Assembly (NCBI GenBank): GCA_029821195.1
Contig: JALGTU010000002.1
Location: 1 to 62,453, forward strand
DNA from: Candidatus Zipacnadia bacterium
Lineage (GTDB): Bacteria; Armatimonadota; Zipacnadia; Zipacnadales; Zipacnadaceae
DNA length: 62,453 bases
Reading direction: 5' to 3'
The notes beneath the pieces were generated by a model. The model saw nothing but the letters and a program-made list of their open reading frames with translations. It had not been told where the DNA came from and did no database searches. This document shows, piece after piece, positions 1 through 8,059 of the stretch. Each line of letters opens with the position of its first letter. The first letter of the stretch is position 1. The translations under genes were made by a program, and so were the position numbers.

Positions 1-779
1 AGGACGTTCTCGACGTAGTAGCGGGGGACCTGCCCGTGAAGCCAGTTGAACAGTCGGCCACTGGTGCTGGTGAAAGCGACGGTATTAGTCTGCTCGTCCA
101 CCTCCGCGATGCGTAGGCGCGCCTCGTCCCAACTGCGAAAGAGTACCAGCTCGGCCTGGTCAATATCCTCCCAGTTCGCTATATCACCGGGTTCAAACTG
201 GAAATACTTGAGCGTCTGGGGATCCTTCTGTTCAGCTTCCGGTGGCAGCTCGGCGACAGCATAGAAGCCCTCGCGGGGCAGCCGTGCCCGCGCCGCTCGC
301 CGCCCGTTTGCGAAGACCTGGCGGAAGTACCACTGTCCACTCTTGACCTCGGGTATCTCCACCGTCCACAGTTCGCCTTCTCCCTTCTGCCAGCCGGTGA
401 TTACCCGCCCGCCGCTGATGATCGGCTTCTCTCCGGGATAGGCCACATAGCTGATAGGGCATTCCCGGGTTCCCGAATCAGCGGGGGTAAGGATCAGCGG
501 CTCTGTCAGTTCGTAGACACCGCCACGGATCATAACCGTTACCGGAGCTTGCAGAGGGCCGGCCTGCTTGAGCTGGCGGACCGCATCGCGCGCGCGTGTT
601 AGCGTAGCAAAGGGGCCGTCGGTGCGGTCGGCCTTGGGTTGGGGCAATGTGCCGGACCAGGCGTCCGAGCCGTCGGCGGCAACATAAAGAGTCGCGGCAG
701 CTTGCGCTGGCTGGGCATCGGCAAGCGCTATCACGATGATCACTCCCAGTATTACTATTGTCCAAGCCAGTTGGCGCAT
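1..779 (-). CDS. Secreted right-handed beta-helix (pectate-lyase fold) protein, N-terminal part; the 3' end lies beyond the left window edge
   Basis: This ORF is absent from the ORF track because no stop codon falls inside the window. The reverse strand from ATG (779-777) is stop-free to base 1: MRQLAWTIVILGVIIVIALADAQPAQAAATLYVAADGSDAWSGTLPQPKADRTDGPFATLTRARDAVRQLKQAG... A hydrophobic signal peptide is followed by the LYVAxDGSD..G...PFATL.RARDAV opening typical of beta-helix glycan-active proteins. Confidence 0.6.
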   Translation of the reverse strand, partial: MRQLAWTIVILGVIIVIALADAQPAQAAATLYVAADGSDAWSGTLPQPKADRTDGPFATLTRARDAVRQLKQAGPLQAPVTVMIRGGVYELTEPLILTPADSGTRECPISYVAYPGEKPIISGGRVITGWQKGEGELWTVEIPEVKSGQWYFRQVFANGRRAARARLPREGFYAVAELPPEAEQKDPQTLKYFQFEPGDIANWEDIDQAELVLFRSWDEARLRIAEVDEQTNTVAFTSTSGRLFNWLHGQVPRYYVENV

Positions 780-909
780 CTGAACGCGCATATTCCCTGC
801 CGGGCCGGATAGTTCCTGCCTGCGAGATTGCTGAAAGACCGCGAGATCTTTGGCTACCACCGGCTGATAAGGAGGAATTGGCGGAGCCGCGAAGCAAACA
901 TAGGGAGGA

Positions 910-2751
910 TTGCGATCAATACTGCACTGCCAGGAGGAAGGTGTATTGCCTGCATACCGAGTAAAGCTGATACCGGAGTCGTTCCGGGTGGAGTCCGAGA
1001 CCGACCTGCGCCTTGAATTGACCTGCTCCGAGCCGCTAGCACCGGGAACGAGAATCGAGTGGCAGTTCCCTAACGCGTGGCTGGTGCGAGGTTGTCAGAG
1101 CTTCACCAAGCAGTACCAGTGGGACGATCCAGAGGCCGCCGACTACATCAGCGTGACCGTGCCCGGTCGGGACTGCGACTTTGATCTTTCGGTAGAAACG
1201 CGGGAGTTTGACAGCGGGGAGCCGGTGTCCCGGCACGGGCGGCGGATATTCTCAACGCTCACCCAGGGGACAGTCCCTGCGGGTAGCCCCGTGGTGCTGG
1301 AGTGGCTGAATACCACCGCGTCCTGGATCGCGGAGACTGAACACGTTTATGTCGCCGTGGACGGCGAAGCGATTACACCGCTGCCTGAGATCATTACCTG
1401 GCCCGGCCAAGCCGTGGCGCTGCGGGTGATTGCACCTTCGGCGGTGGCGCCCGGCGAGCGGGTTACTGTGCGTATCGTCTCTCTGGACCGGCGGGACAAC
1501 TGCTCGTGTACTCGCTACAGGGGCGAGCCACTGCGCGGGCCTAATGGTCAGCCGCTGACCAGGCCGCTGGACTTCTATGGCTCCTGCGTCGTGGAGGTCA
1601 GCTTGCCCGACGAGGGCATATACCGCCTGCGCTATGGCGAAGTGTTGAGTAATCCTATCCGCGTTACCCCCGACCCACAGGGCCCGTACTGGGGCGATAT
1701 CCACATCCACACCTGCTACTCAACGGACGGCACGGGCCGAGAGTTCTACGAATATGCCCGCGACGTATCCGGCCTGGACTTCGCCGCCGCCGCCGACCAC
1801 GCCGAAACGGTCATCTTCTCCTGGGACAAGCTCAAACAGCTCGCCGAGCAGTTCAACCAGCCGGGACGATTTGTCACCTTCCTGGCCTACGAGAACGGGT
1901 TCGGTCACCCCTCGGGGCATCACAATGTCCACTACCGCACGCTCGAAGGCAAGGTCTACCCGCGCGATGAGGTAGACGGCGATATGCGCAACGTCTGGCC
2001 GCAACTGGACCCGGAGGAGTGCTTCACTGCGCCTCATCACAGCGGTATTTCCTTCGGCTCGCTCGAACGTCACAATGCGGTGACCTTCGAGCACGAAGAC
2101 CAGCGGTTCTCCCCGGTGGCGGAGATCTACTCGCATCATGGGCAGAGCGAGCTGTATGATCCGCACCACGAACTGGCCTACGAGGTCAACCGCTGGCACG
2201 ATCCGGGTGAGCGGGTTAACTGGTCAGTGCCCGGCCCGTACTACCTGCAGGATGCCTGGGCAATGGGCCTGCGCCTGGGGGTATACGGCTCCTCCGATGA
2301 TCACAACGGGATGGGCGGGCGGCGGCATCAGGGCATCGCCGCAGTCTTCGCGCCGGAACTGACCCGCGAAGCGCTCTTCCAGAGCTTCAAGCGGCGCGCC
2401 TGCTACGCGACAACGGGCGAGCGGATTCTACTGGAATTCACTATCAATGGCACACCGATGGGCCAGGAAATCACGGCGGCACCGGGTGATGAACTGGATA
2501 TCCGCATTGCCGTCTACGGCACCAATGACCTCAGCCAGGTCGAGGTGCTGAGACTCGACCTGGGAAGCGGTCAGTACACGACAGCACTTAACTGGCGACC
2601 TCAGCAGCTTGGCCAGTTAGACTGGGAGACGGACTTGATGGAGGTATTTACCGAGCCGGTGATGTATTACCTGCGCGTCACCCAGCACCGGCCCGTCAAC
2701 CACCGGCTGGTAATGGCCTGGTCATCGCCGATCTGGGTAACAGAAGAGTAG
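910..2751 (+). CDS. DUF3604/PHP-like metal-dependent hydrolase with an N-terminal beta-sandwich-like region
   Basis: 613-aa ORF. The motif YWGDIHIHTCYSTDG, followed by AADHAE, HHSG and SSDDHNG His/Asp clusters, fits the PHP/DUF3604 metal-site pattern. TTG at 946, preceded by AGGAGGAAGG (932-941), is a more plausible start than 910. Confidence 0.7.
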   Translation: MRSILHCQEEGVLPAYRVKLIPESFRVESETDLRLELTCSEPLAPGTRIEWQFPNAWLVRGCQSFTKQYQWDDPEAADYISVTVPGRDCDFDLSVETREFDSGEPVSRHGRRIFSTLTQGTVPAGSPVVLEWLNTTASWIAETEHVYVAVDGEAITPLPEIITWPGQAVALRVIAPSAVAPGERVTVRIVSLDRRDNCSCTRYRGEPLRGPNGQPLTRPLDFYGSCVVEVSLPDEGIYRLRYGEVLSNPIRVTPDPQGPYWGDIHIHTCYSTDGTGREFYEYARDVSGLDFAAAADHAETVIFSWDKLKQLAEQFNQPGRFVTFLAYENGFGHPSGHHNVHYRTLEGKVYPRDEVDGDMRNVWPQLDPEECFTAPHHSGISFGSLERHNAVTFEHEDQRFSPVAEIYSHHGQSELYDPHHELAYEVNRWHDPGERVNWSVPGPYYLQDAWAMGLRLGVYGSSDDHNGMGGRRHQGIAAVFAPELTREALFQSFKRRACYATTGERILLEFTINGTPMGQEITAAPGDELDIRIAVYGTNDLSQVEVLRLDLGSGQYTTALNWRPQQLGQLDWETDLMEVFTEPVMYYLRVTQHRPVNHRLVMAWSSPIWVTEE

Positions 2752-2764
2752 ACTATAGAAGTGT

Positions 2765-2935
2765 GTGAATATGAGCAATCTGACTGAAATATTTGACAGC
2801 AGTAAGGCCCGGGCGGCGGGCGACGACGAGGCCGCTCAGCAGTACCAGAAGCTGTTCACCAACGGAAGTCGCTGGTGGGACGAATACGGCTTCAACGGCG
2901 AGTACTACATCCAGGATATCCGTCCGTCGATCCGC
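2765..2935 (+). pseudogene. Short remnant resembling an internal segment of a GH116-type glycoside hydrolase
   Basis: The only family-like part of the 103-aa ORF is ...AAGDDEAAQQYQKLFTNGSRWWDEYGFNGEYYIQDI... The FNGEYY(I/F)Q block is what I recall from GH116 catalytic domains. The rest of the ORF runs into REP-like hairpins at 3050-3108, and there is no room for a full-length enzyme. Confidence 0.3.
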
Positions 2936-3049
2936 AGGTCATCGAGTTCCCCGAAGGCCTTGAGCTCGCCGCCGGAGAGAGCTTTAGTGTTGAGGGATAG
3001 TAGAAAGTCGAAAGTAAGGGCAAAGAGCGAACGGCTGCCTCACCCCCGA

Positions 3050-3073
3050 CCCCTGCTCCCTGCGGGAGAGGGG
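3050..3073. repeat. GC-rich imperfect hairpin (REP-like)
   Basis: CCCCTGCTCCC-tgc-GGGAGAGGGG forms 10 bp with one bulge. It lies in the tail of the spurious part of ORF 2765..3076. Confidence 0.5.
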
Positions 3074-3084
3074 TAAGATAGGCC

Positions 3085-3108
3085 GACAGGCGAGACGCCT
3101 GTCGTACC
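3085..3108 (+). repeat. REP-like hairpin with TACC tail (family member)
   Basis: GACAGGCG-AGA-CGCCTGTC is a perfect 8-bp stem, followed by GTACC. The same motif recurs at 18413, 46415 (reverse orientation) and 46442. Confidence 0.6.
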
Positions 3109-3186
3109 AATCAAGGACAGGTCGAGCAACTCACCGGCAGAAAGCCCGTTAGCGAAAGACGGTCGCCTCAATCAGCGAGATAACTT

Positions 3187-4278
3187 ATGACAGCTAAAGA
3201 ACGCGTAAAGCAAGCGCTGCGTCACCAGGAGCCGGACCGCGTGCCGGTGGACTTCTGGTCGTCGCGGCAGATGGACGATAAGCTGCTCAGCCACCTGGAC
3301 CTGGCAAGCCGCGAAGAGCTGCTGACCCAGTTCGGCGTTGACTTCCGCTACATCGAGGGGCCCGTCTACATCGGGCCGTCGCTGCGGGTTGACCCCGACG
3401 GCACGGCTTACGACGTGCGAGGGGTGGCACGACGGCAGCAGACCATCGCAGGAGACGGCTGGCAGGAGTCATACTGGGAAGTCTCTGACTATCCTCTAGC
3501 CGACTGTACGACCCCTGCGGAGGTCGCGGCTTACGATAAGTGGCCCTCGCCGGACTGGTTCGACTACTCGGTCATCAAGGCTCAGTGTGAGGCCTGCGGC
3601 CAAGCCTGCGTAGTATTCTCGGGCGACCGGCTCAATCGCATCGCCCAGCTCAAGCCGGCGATGTATCTGCGGGGCATTGATCAGATACTGGTTGACCTGC
3701 TGATAGCGCCAGACATTTTTGCGGCAATCGTCGGGCGCATCCGGGACTTCTATCTGGAGTACGAGCGGCGGATACTGGAGGCGGCAGCCGGGGGTATTGA
3801 TCTGCTGATGACCGGCGACGACTTCGGTACCCAGGACGGGCCGATAATGGCGGTGGCGAAATGGCGCGAGACGCTCCAGCCGGGCTTTGCCGCCTTTATC
3901 GAGCTGGCGCACCAGTATAACGTACCGGTAATGCACCATAGCTGCGGAGCGGTAAGCGAATTCATCCCTGACTTCATTGCTAGCGGTCTGGACGTGCTGC
4001 AGAGCATCCAGCCGGGTGTGCGGGGGATGGACCACGCGCGGATCAAGCGAGAATTCGGGCGCGATATCGCCTTTGCGGGAGGGATCAGTATTCAGCACAA
4101 CCTGCCGCACGGGTCCCCCGAGCAGGTGCGCGAGGAAGTCAAGCAGCTATTCGAGATAATGAAGCCGGGGGGCGGCTACTTCGCCGGGACAGCCCACAAC
4201 CTCCTGGCGGATGTGCCGAGCGACAACGTACTCGCGCTTATTGAGGCATACCGCGAATTCGCCGGCTATGAGCACTAG
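3187..4278 (+). CDS. Uroporphyrinogen-decarboxylase (URO-D) family protein, MtaA/CmuA-like
   Basis: 363 aa with an ATG start. The N-terminal KERVKQALRHQEPDRVPVDFW, together with the DDFGTQDGPIM and HHSCG segments, matches the URO-D/methylcobamide methyltransferase fold family. The TAG stop (4276-4278) overlaps the TA flank of repeat copy A. Confidence 0.7.
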   Translation: MTAKERVKQALRHQEPDRVPVDFWSSRQMDDKLLSHLDLASREELLTQFGVDFRYIEGPVYIGPSLRVDPDGTAYDVRGVARRQQTIAGDGWQESYWEVSDYPLADCTTPAEVAAYDKWPSPDWFDYSVIKAQCEACGQACVVFSGDRLNRIAQLKPAMYLRGIDQILVDLLIAPDIFAAIVGRIRDFYLEYERRILEAAAGGIDLLMTGDDFGTQDGPIMAVAKWRETLQPGFAAFIELAHQYNVPVMHHSCGAVSEFIPDFIASGLDVLQSIQPGVRGMDHARIKREFGRDIAFAGGISIQHNLPHGSPEQVREEVKQLFEIMKPGGGYFAGTAHNLLADVPSDNVLALIEAYREFAGYEH

Positions 4279-4500
4279 CACGAGCAATTGATGAACGGCT
4301 TGTGGGGAACCCGCTTTTTAGGCAAAAAAAGCCGGTTCCCCACACCCTTCCGGCAAAAACTTGGAAAGTTGAATAACGGGGTTGACAATTGCATCGTGTC
4401 GTTGTTCCAGAAAACTGGGCATTGACGGTAAGGGGCTTTGACAGCTATCCATAGCTCCTGAGATGCTTGTTCAGCTTATCTTGGTGGATAGTACGAACTA
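4276..4500 (+). mobile_element. MITE-like intergenic element, copy A (225 bp, TA to TA)
   Basis: It shares the core ATGAACGGCTTGTGGGGAACCCGCTTTTTAGGCAAAAAAAGCCGGTTCCCCACACCCTTCCGGCAAAAACTT with copies B-E, at the same 15-nt offset from the left TA. The hairpin is at 4301-4344. The right end CTTGGTGGATAGTACGAAC-TA is a degenerate version of the right TIR. The element fills the whole gap between two convergent genes. Confidence 0.65.
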
Positions 4501-6498
4501 GATCCAGAAAATCTGGTTGTAAGTGTGCCCGGTTAGCCAGTCTATGAAGACCCAGGCGACATTGCAGGTGAACTGGCCGCAGATAAGCCCGAGGAAGATC
4601 GGCCGCATGTTCTGGTAGGCAACCATGCCGCCATAGCGCAAAATCGCGCCCTTGGTCAGCCAGGTGAGGAAGATCGTGAACCAGAGCTGGTCCATGAGCC
4701 AAACACTGCCGATGCAGTAGCCAATGGGATGGAAAGGCCACTTGGGCGAGCGAAAGCGCAGGGCAGTAAGCACCAGGTAGATGGCGGCTCCCAGCGCGGT
4801 ATAGACCCACCCGCCGACACTGGGACTGGGCTGCCTGCCACACCAATCCTCCACCCACTTGAAAGCCGCCTGCGGGCTGCCGCTAAAGAACCAGTTACTC
4901 ATCGTCACGCCGCCCTGCGAGTAAGCGCGGGTCATCGTCAGCCACATAGAGGCGACTAAAGCCACCAAGATGGCTATCACAAACCCCCAGAAGAGCCGGC
5001 GATGTTTGGCCTCGATGACGCCGGTCATCTTCAGGCTGTTGGCGGCGGAAGCCATTACGAAGGTGCGGATATCGCTGGTCCAGATGTAGGTCAGGCCTAG
5101 GGCAGTCATCCCCCGGTCGCCCAGCACGCCCCAGCCGAGCCAACCAGGCACCACCGCCGAGGCGATGGCGGGGGCGACGGCCTCGGCCATACCGCTCTCG
5201 GCGACGATCCGCGTCAGCCCAATGAAGAAGACGAATGCCATAAGCAGAAACAGTGGCACGACCAGCGCCGGCAGACCCGACGCCCCCAGCCACCAGCCAA
5301 TCAAGACCAGCCCGATGATCGTCCCCCAGAAGGCGACGCGATAGGAGAGAATCTCCTTCTCATCAACCTCTGGGCCGGCCTCGCCGGTCACGCGCTTCCA
5401 AATCAGGCTCAGGTGTCCGCGAGCAACCCACAGCCCGGTGACGACCAGGGCGAGGAAGGCGCCGGTGCCGACGTACTTGAGGATAGGGTCACGCGCGCCG
5501 TAGATGCCCAGGTTCTCGGTACTGGCGATGCCCAAAGAGGTCATAGCCGCGCGCACCGCCTGGGTCAACAGGTTGAAGAACCATAGGCTGAAACTGGTCT
5601 CCAAGCTCACCAGATAGAAGAAACCAATCATCGGGAAGCTGATGCGAAAGCTCAGTGACCAAATGCCCTTGACCAGGGCAACTGACTGGACGAGTTTGAG
5701 ACTCGGCACCGGCGGGAAGTAGTTGTGCAAGCCGACCCAGCTACCCGCCAGGAAGGCGATGCCGAAGCCGATCCAGAAGGTTTTCCGCGAAAGAATAACA
5801 GGCCAGCCCTTGCTGTCAGCGCCGGCCAGTGCCAGGGGCAGATAGGTCAGCGGGTAAGCGAGGCGCTCGTTGTCCACCCACTGCTTACGCAGCAGTACCA
5901 TCATGCAAATCATCACGAAGTGGACAGCGAGCAGCATCGGAATCCACGCTGACAAGGACGGGACCCAGGCGCTCCACGGCACCTGCCCACCCGCCGGAAG
6001 ACCCTCGAACAGATAGGTGATTACCGGTGTGTCGGGGGCGGCGCCCTGCGGGGCTGCCCACGCCGGGATATTGGGCACGATGGTCTCCGCCCAGTTGTTC
6101 TCAGGGGTGGCGTAGTAGTGCGCTCCGGTGGACAGAGGTATTACCTGCGCAGTCAGGCCCATAGTAGGAACGGCGGAAGCGATCACCATCATCGTGTAGA
6201 TGGTGATCAGTTCAGCAGTGGTCAGCGCAAGGCTGCGGCGAAAGCGCAGCAACAGCAAGTTCGGGCCAGCCACGAGGACAAAAAGCAGAGCCACTGCGGC
6301 GGGCGTGCTGAAGTCCAGGGCCATATACGAGGCGTGCAGCACGTGGATAGCCCAAGGCGCAAGCAGCCCGATAGCCGCTGCCCCCACCGCGCCCAGCAGC
6401 AGGGCACGACCAGTTATTACGCCGTGCTGGCGCCCGCCGCTGTTGTTGAGGGTCTGATTTGCCCGGGATTCGTCAGGCTTAGCTGCCATTTCTGCCAA
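4498..6498 (-). CDS. Large polytopic membrane protein, DUF6785/DUF6784-like
   Basis: 666 aa with many hydrophobic helices. It is clearly paralogous to 60648..62453. Shared blocks are QVPW(S/D)AW, W(V/I)D(N/H)ERL(A/V)(Y/F)PL, FP(F/L)HPIGY and ILRYGG. Confidence 0.75.
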   Translation of the reverse strand: MAEMAAKPDESRANQTLNNSGGRQHGVITGRALLLGAVGAAAIGLLAPWAIHVLHASYMALDFSTPAAVALLFVLVAGPNLLLLRFRRSLALTTAELITIYTMMVIASAVPTMGLTAQVIPLSTGAHYYATPENNWAETIVPNIPAWAAPQGAAPDTPVITYLFEGLPAGGQVPWSAWVPSLSAWIPMLLAVHFVMICMMVLLRKQWVDNERLAYPLTYLPLALAGADSKGWPVILSRKTFWIGFGIAFLAGSWVGLHNYFPPVPSLKLVQSVALVKGIWSLSFRISFPMIGFFYLVSLETSFSLWFFNLLTQAVRAAMTSLGIASTENLGIYGARDPILKYVGTGAFLALVVTGLWVARGHLSLIWKRVTGEAGPEVDEKEILSYRVAFWGTIIGLVLIGWWLGASGLPALVVPLFLLMAFVFFIGLTRIVAESGMAEAVAPAIASAVVPGWLGWGVLGDRGMTALGLTYIWTSDIRTFVMASAANSLKMTGVIEAKHRRLFWGFVIAILVALVASMWLTMTRAYSQGGVTMSNWFFSGSPQAAFKWVEDWCGRQPSPSVGGWVYTALGAAIYLVLTALRFRSPKWPFHPIGYCIGSVWLMDQLWFTIFLTWLTKGAILRYGGMVAYQNMRPIFLGLICGQFTCNVAWVFIDWLTGHTYNQIFWI

Positions 6499-6642
6499 CT
6501 AGGTAAGAAGTAGAGGCCCGCCGGTCGCAAAAGGGCCGCGGCCTCATGTGAGCCGGTAACATTCTATCAATTAACACCCGCCTTGTCCAGTCTTACCGGC
6601 AACATCACATCCAGTATAAGATATGCCCAGTCTGCGCGACAG

Positions 6643-6999
6643 TTAGCCCGACAGCGCGAGGGTTATGCGCAGCATCAACAGGGCCCACAGCACCACAATT
6701 CCCGCCGCCACCGACATCCATATCCAGCGAGAGTTCAGTTCGCGTTCGTCGTAGGTCTTCCAGATCGCCAGGGCCGCCAACCCCACCGCCAGGACTAGCC
6801 CCAGTACCGCTACCCATATTCTCGGGGACTGGCTGATCAGCGGCTCCAGGACATCATCGGGCAAGTCGGCCAGCCGCCCGGGGAATGTGAAGACCGGCCC
6901 GATCAGAGAAACCGGGATCACTACGTCAAGGACCAATACCGCCACGAGCACGGCAACTGCAACAAACCACCACGGGTCATCTTGGTGAGGGGCAGCCAT
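6643..6999 (-). CDS. Small integral membrane protein, unknown function
   Basis: 118 aa with 3-4 hydrophobic helices. Its start overlaps the stop of the upstream gene by 1 nt (TAATG at 6997-7001), which suggests translational coupling. Confidence 0.6.
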   Translation of the reverse strand: MAAPHQDDPWWFVAVAVLVAVLVLDVVIPVSLIGPVFTFPGRLADLPDDVLEPLISQSPRIWVAVLGLVLAVGLAALAIWKTYDERELNSRWIWMSVAAGIVVLWALLMLRITLALSG

Positions 7000-7652
7000 T
7001 ATTCGGGTCTCTTGACCTCCATCACTTTCATGCTCGGCACGGTGTAGATATACCTGTCTACGGCCAGGAGGCGGGTTCCGCTCATCTTGCCCAGGATAAG
7101 CACCGGCCGGGTGGCCTGTAAGTAGGCGTTGAGAAGCGCGGAATCATTGCCAAACTCCAGGACGACTTCCTTCTTGCCAATTAGCTTGCGGTCCTGGTAT
7201 TTCTCAGTCAAGGCGACGCGCTGGCCCTTACGTTGCGGGACAATGACCCAGTAACTGGTGCTATCCCCGTTCAATTCAACCTGGACCAGCGCGTTGTAAA
7301 AGGCCCCTTGCGGCGAGACGCGGGCGACGTGAAACGGGATCAGGGGCGTGTTCCAGATGATGGCAAAGGCCAGCAGCACCAATCCCACAGCAATCAGATA
7401 GCCGTACTGCTGGGTCTCGGTGGTGGTTATCCACCAGCCCGCAATACCCAGCACGGCAGTGATGAGAACGTCCACGATCATCTCCCACATCATATGAAAG
7501 CGCAGATTGGTGGTGGTGGTAACCAGGCCCAGCTCCTCCTGGTGTTCAACCAGGTACGGGACACTGTTATACTTGGGCAGAAAATCGCTGGCAGATACCA
7601 GCAGGTAGATGACCGCGATAGCAATTACCACATATCCAATTACCTTGTTCAC
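6999..7652 (-). CDS. Membrane protein with three N-terminal TM helices and a C-terminal soluble domain, unknown function
   Basis: 217 aa. It is the first gene of a co-directional string of three membrane proteins (7652 -> 4498). Confidence 0.6.
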   Translation of the reverse strand: MNKVIGYVVIAIAVIYLLVSASDFLPKYNSVPYLVEHQEELGLVTTTTNLRFHMMWEMIVDVLITAVLGIAGWWITTTETQQYGYLIAVGLVLLAFAIIWNTPLIPFHVARVSPQGAFYNALVQVELNGDSTSYWVIVPQRKGQRVALTEKYQDRKLIGKKEVVLEFGNDSALLNAYLQATRPVLILGKMSGTRLLAVDRYIYTVPSMKVMEVKRPE

Positions 7653-8059
7653 CTATCAGTGGCCCCTCTCTCGATCTGTGTCAGTTCTCCAACGGTAGGC
7701 TCACCGGCGCCACTTGCTTGACTGACTCGTACGACTAAGCTTTTGGCCGCTCCGGTGCGATATCGTACACATACTTGGTCTGACAGCGAGCAATCTGCTG
7801 AGAAAATGCCGGCATGCTTCGAGCCCAGGCATCCCGCACCTATTACGGCAAGGCTTATCTTTTGAGTCCACCTCTCCAGCAAGCAGCAACACAGTCAGTT
7901 GACGAACCTAATTTTATATTCCCCGCAATTTGGCCTATTCCTTCGTGGTCAGGAGGAATCCGAAATCGAGGCGCGAATACATAAGTATTACCCGGAGCGG
8001 CCGGCAACTGCAGTGACCTCCGGCAGGCGGGAGAAGAATCTGGGCACGGGTGGACCAGG

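Noticed and set aside
4301-4344. The element hairpin considered as a Rho-independent terminator.
   Set aside because: The 18-bp stem is not followed by a U-tract on either strand. Only the weak 5-bp GCCGG/CCGGC alternative stem, with a 14-nt loop, precedes a T-run on the minus strand, and it is too weak to call a terminator without data.
7940-7965. ATTCCTTCGTGGTCAGGAGGAAT upstream of the NTPase gene considered as a solo TIR of the MITE, because it shares CTTCGTG.
   Set aside because: Similarity is limited to 7 nt. The rest does not align to either element end. It is better described as a local hairpin.
7653-8059. A possible tRNA or small RNA gene in the 407-bp gap before the NTPase gene (a TTCGAGCC-like string near 7815).
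   Set aside because: No acceptor, D or anticodon arms can be drawn around it on either strand. It is treated as a leader or promoter region only.
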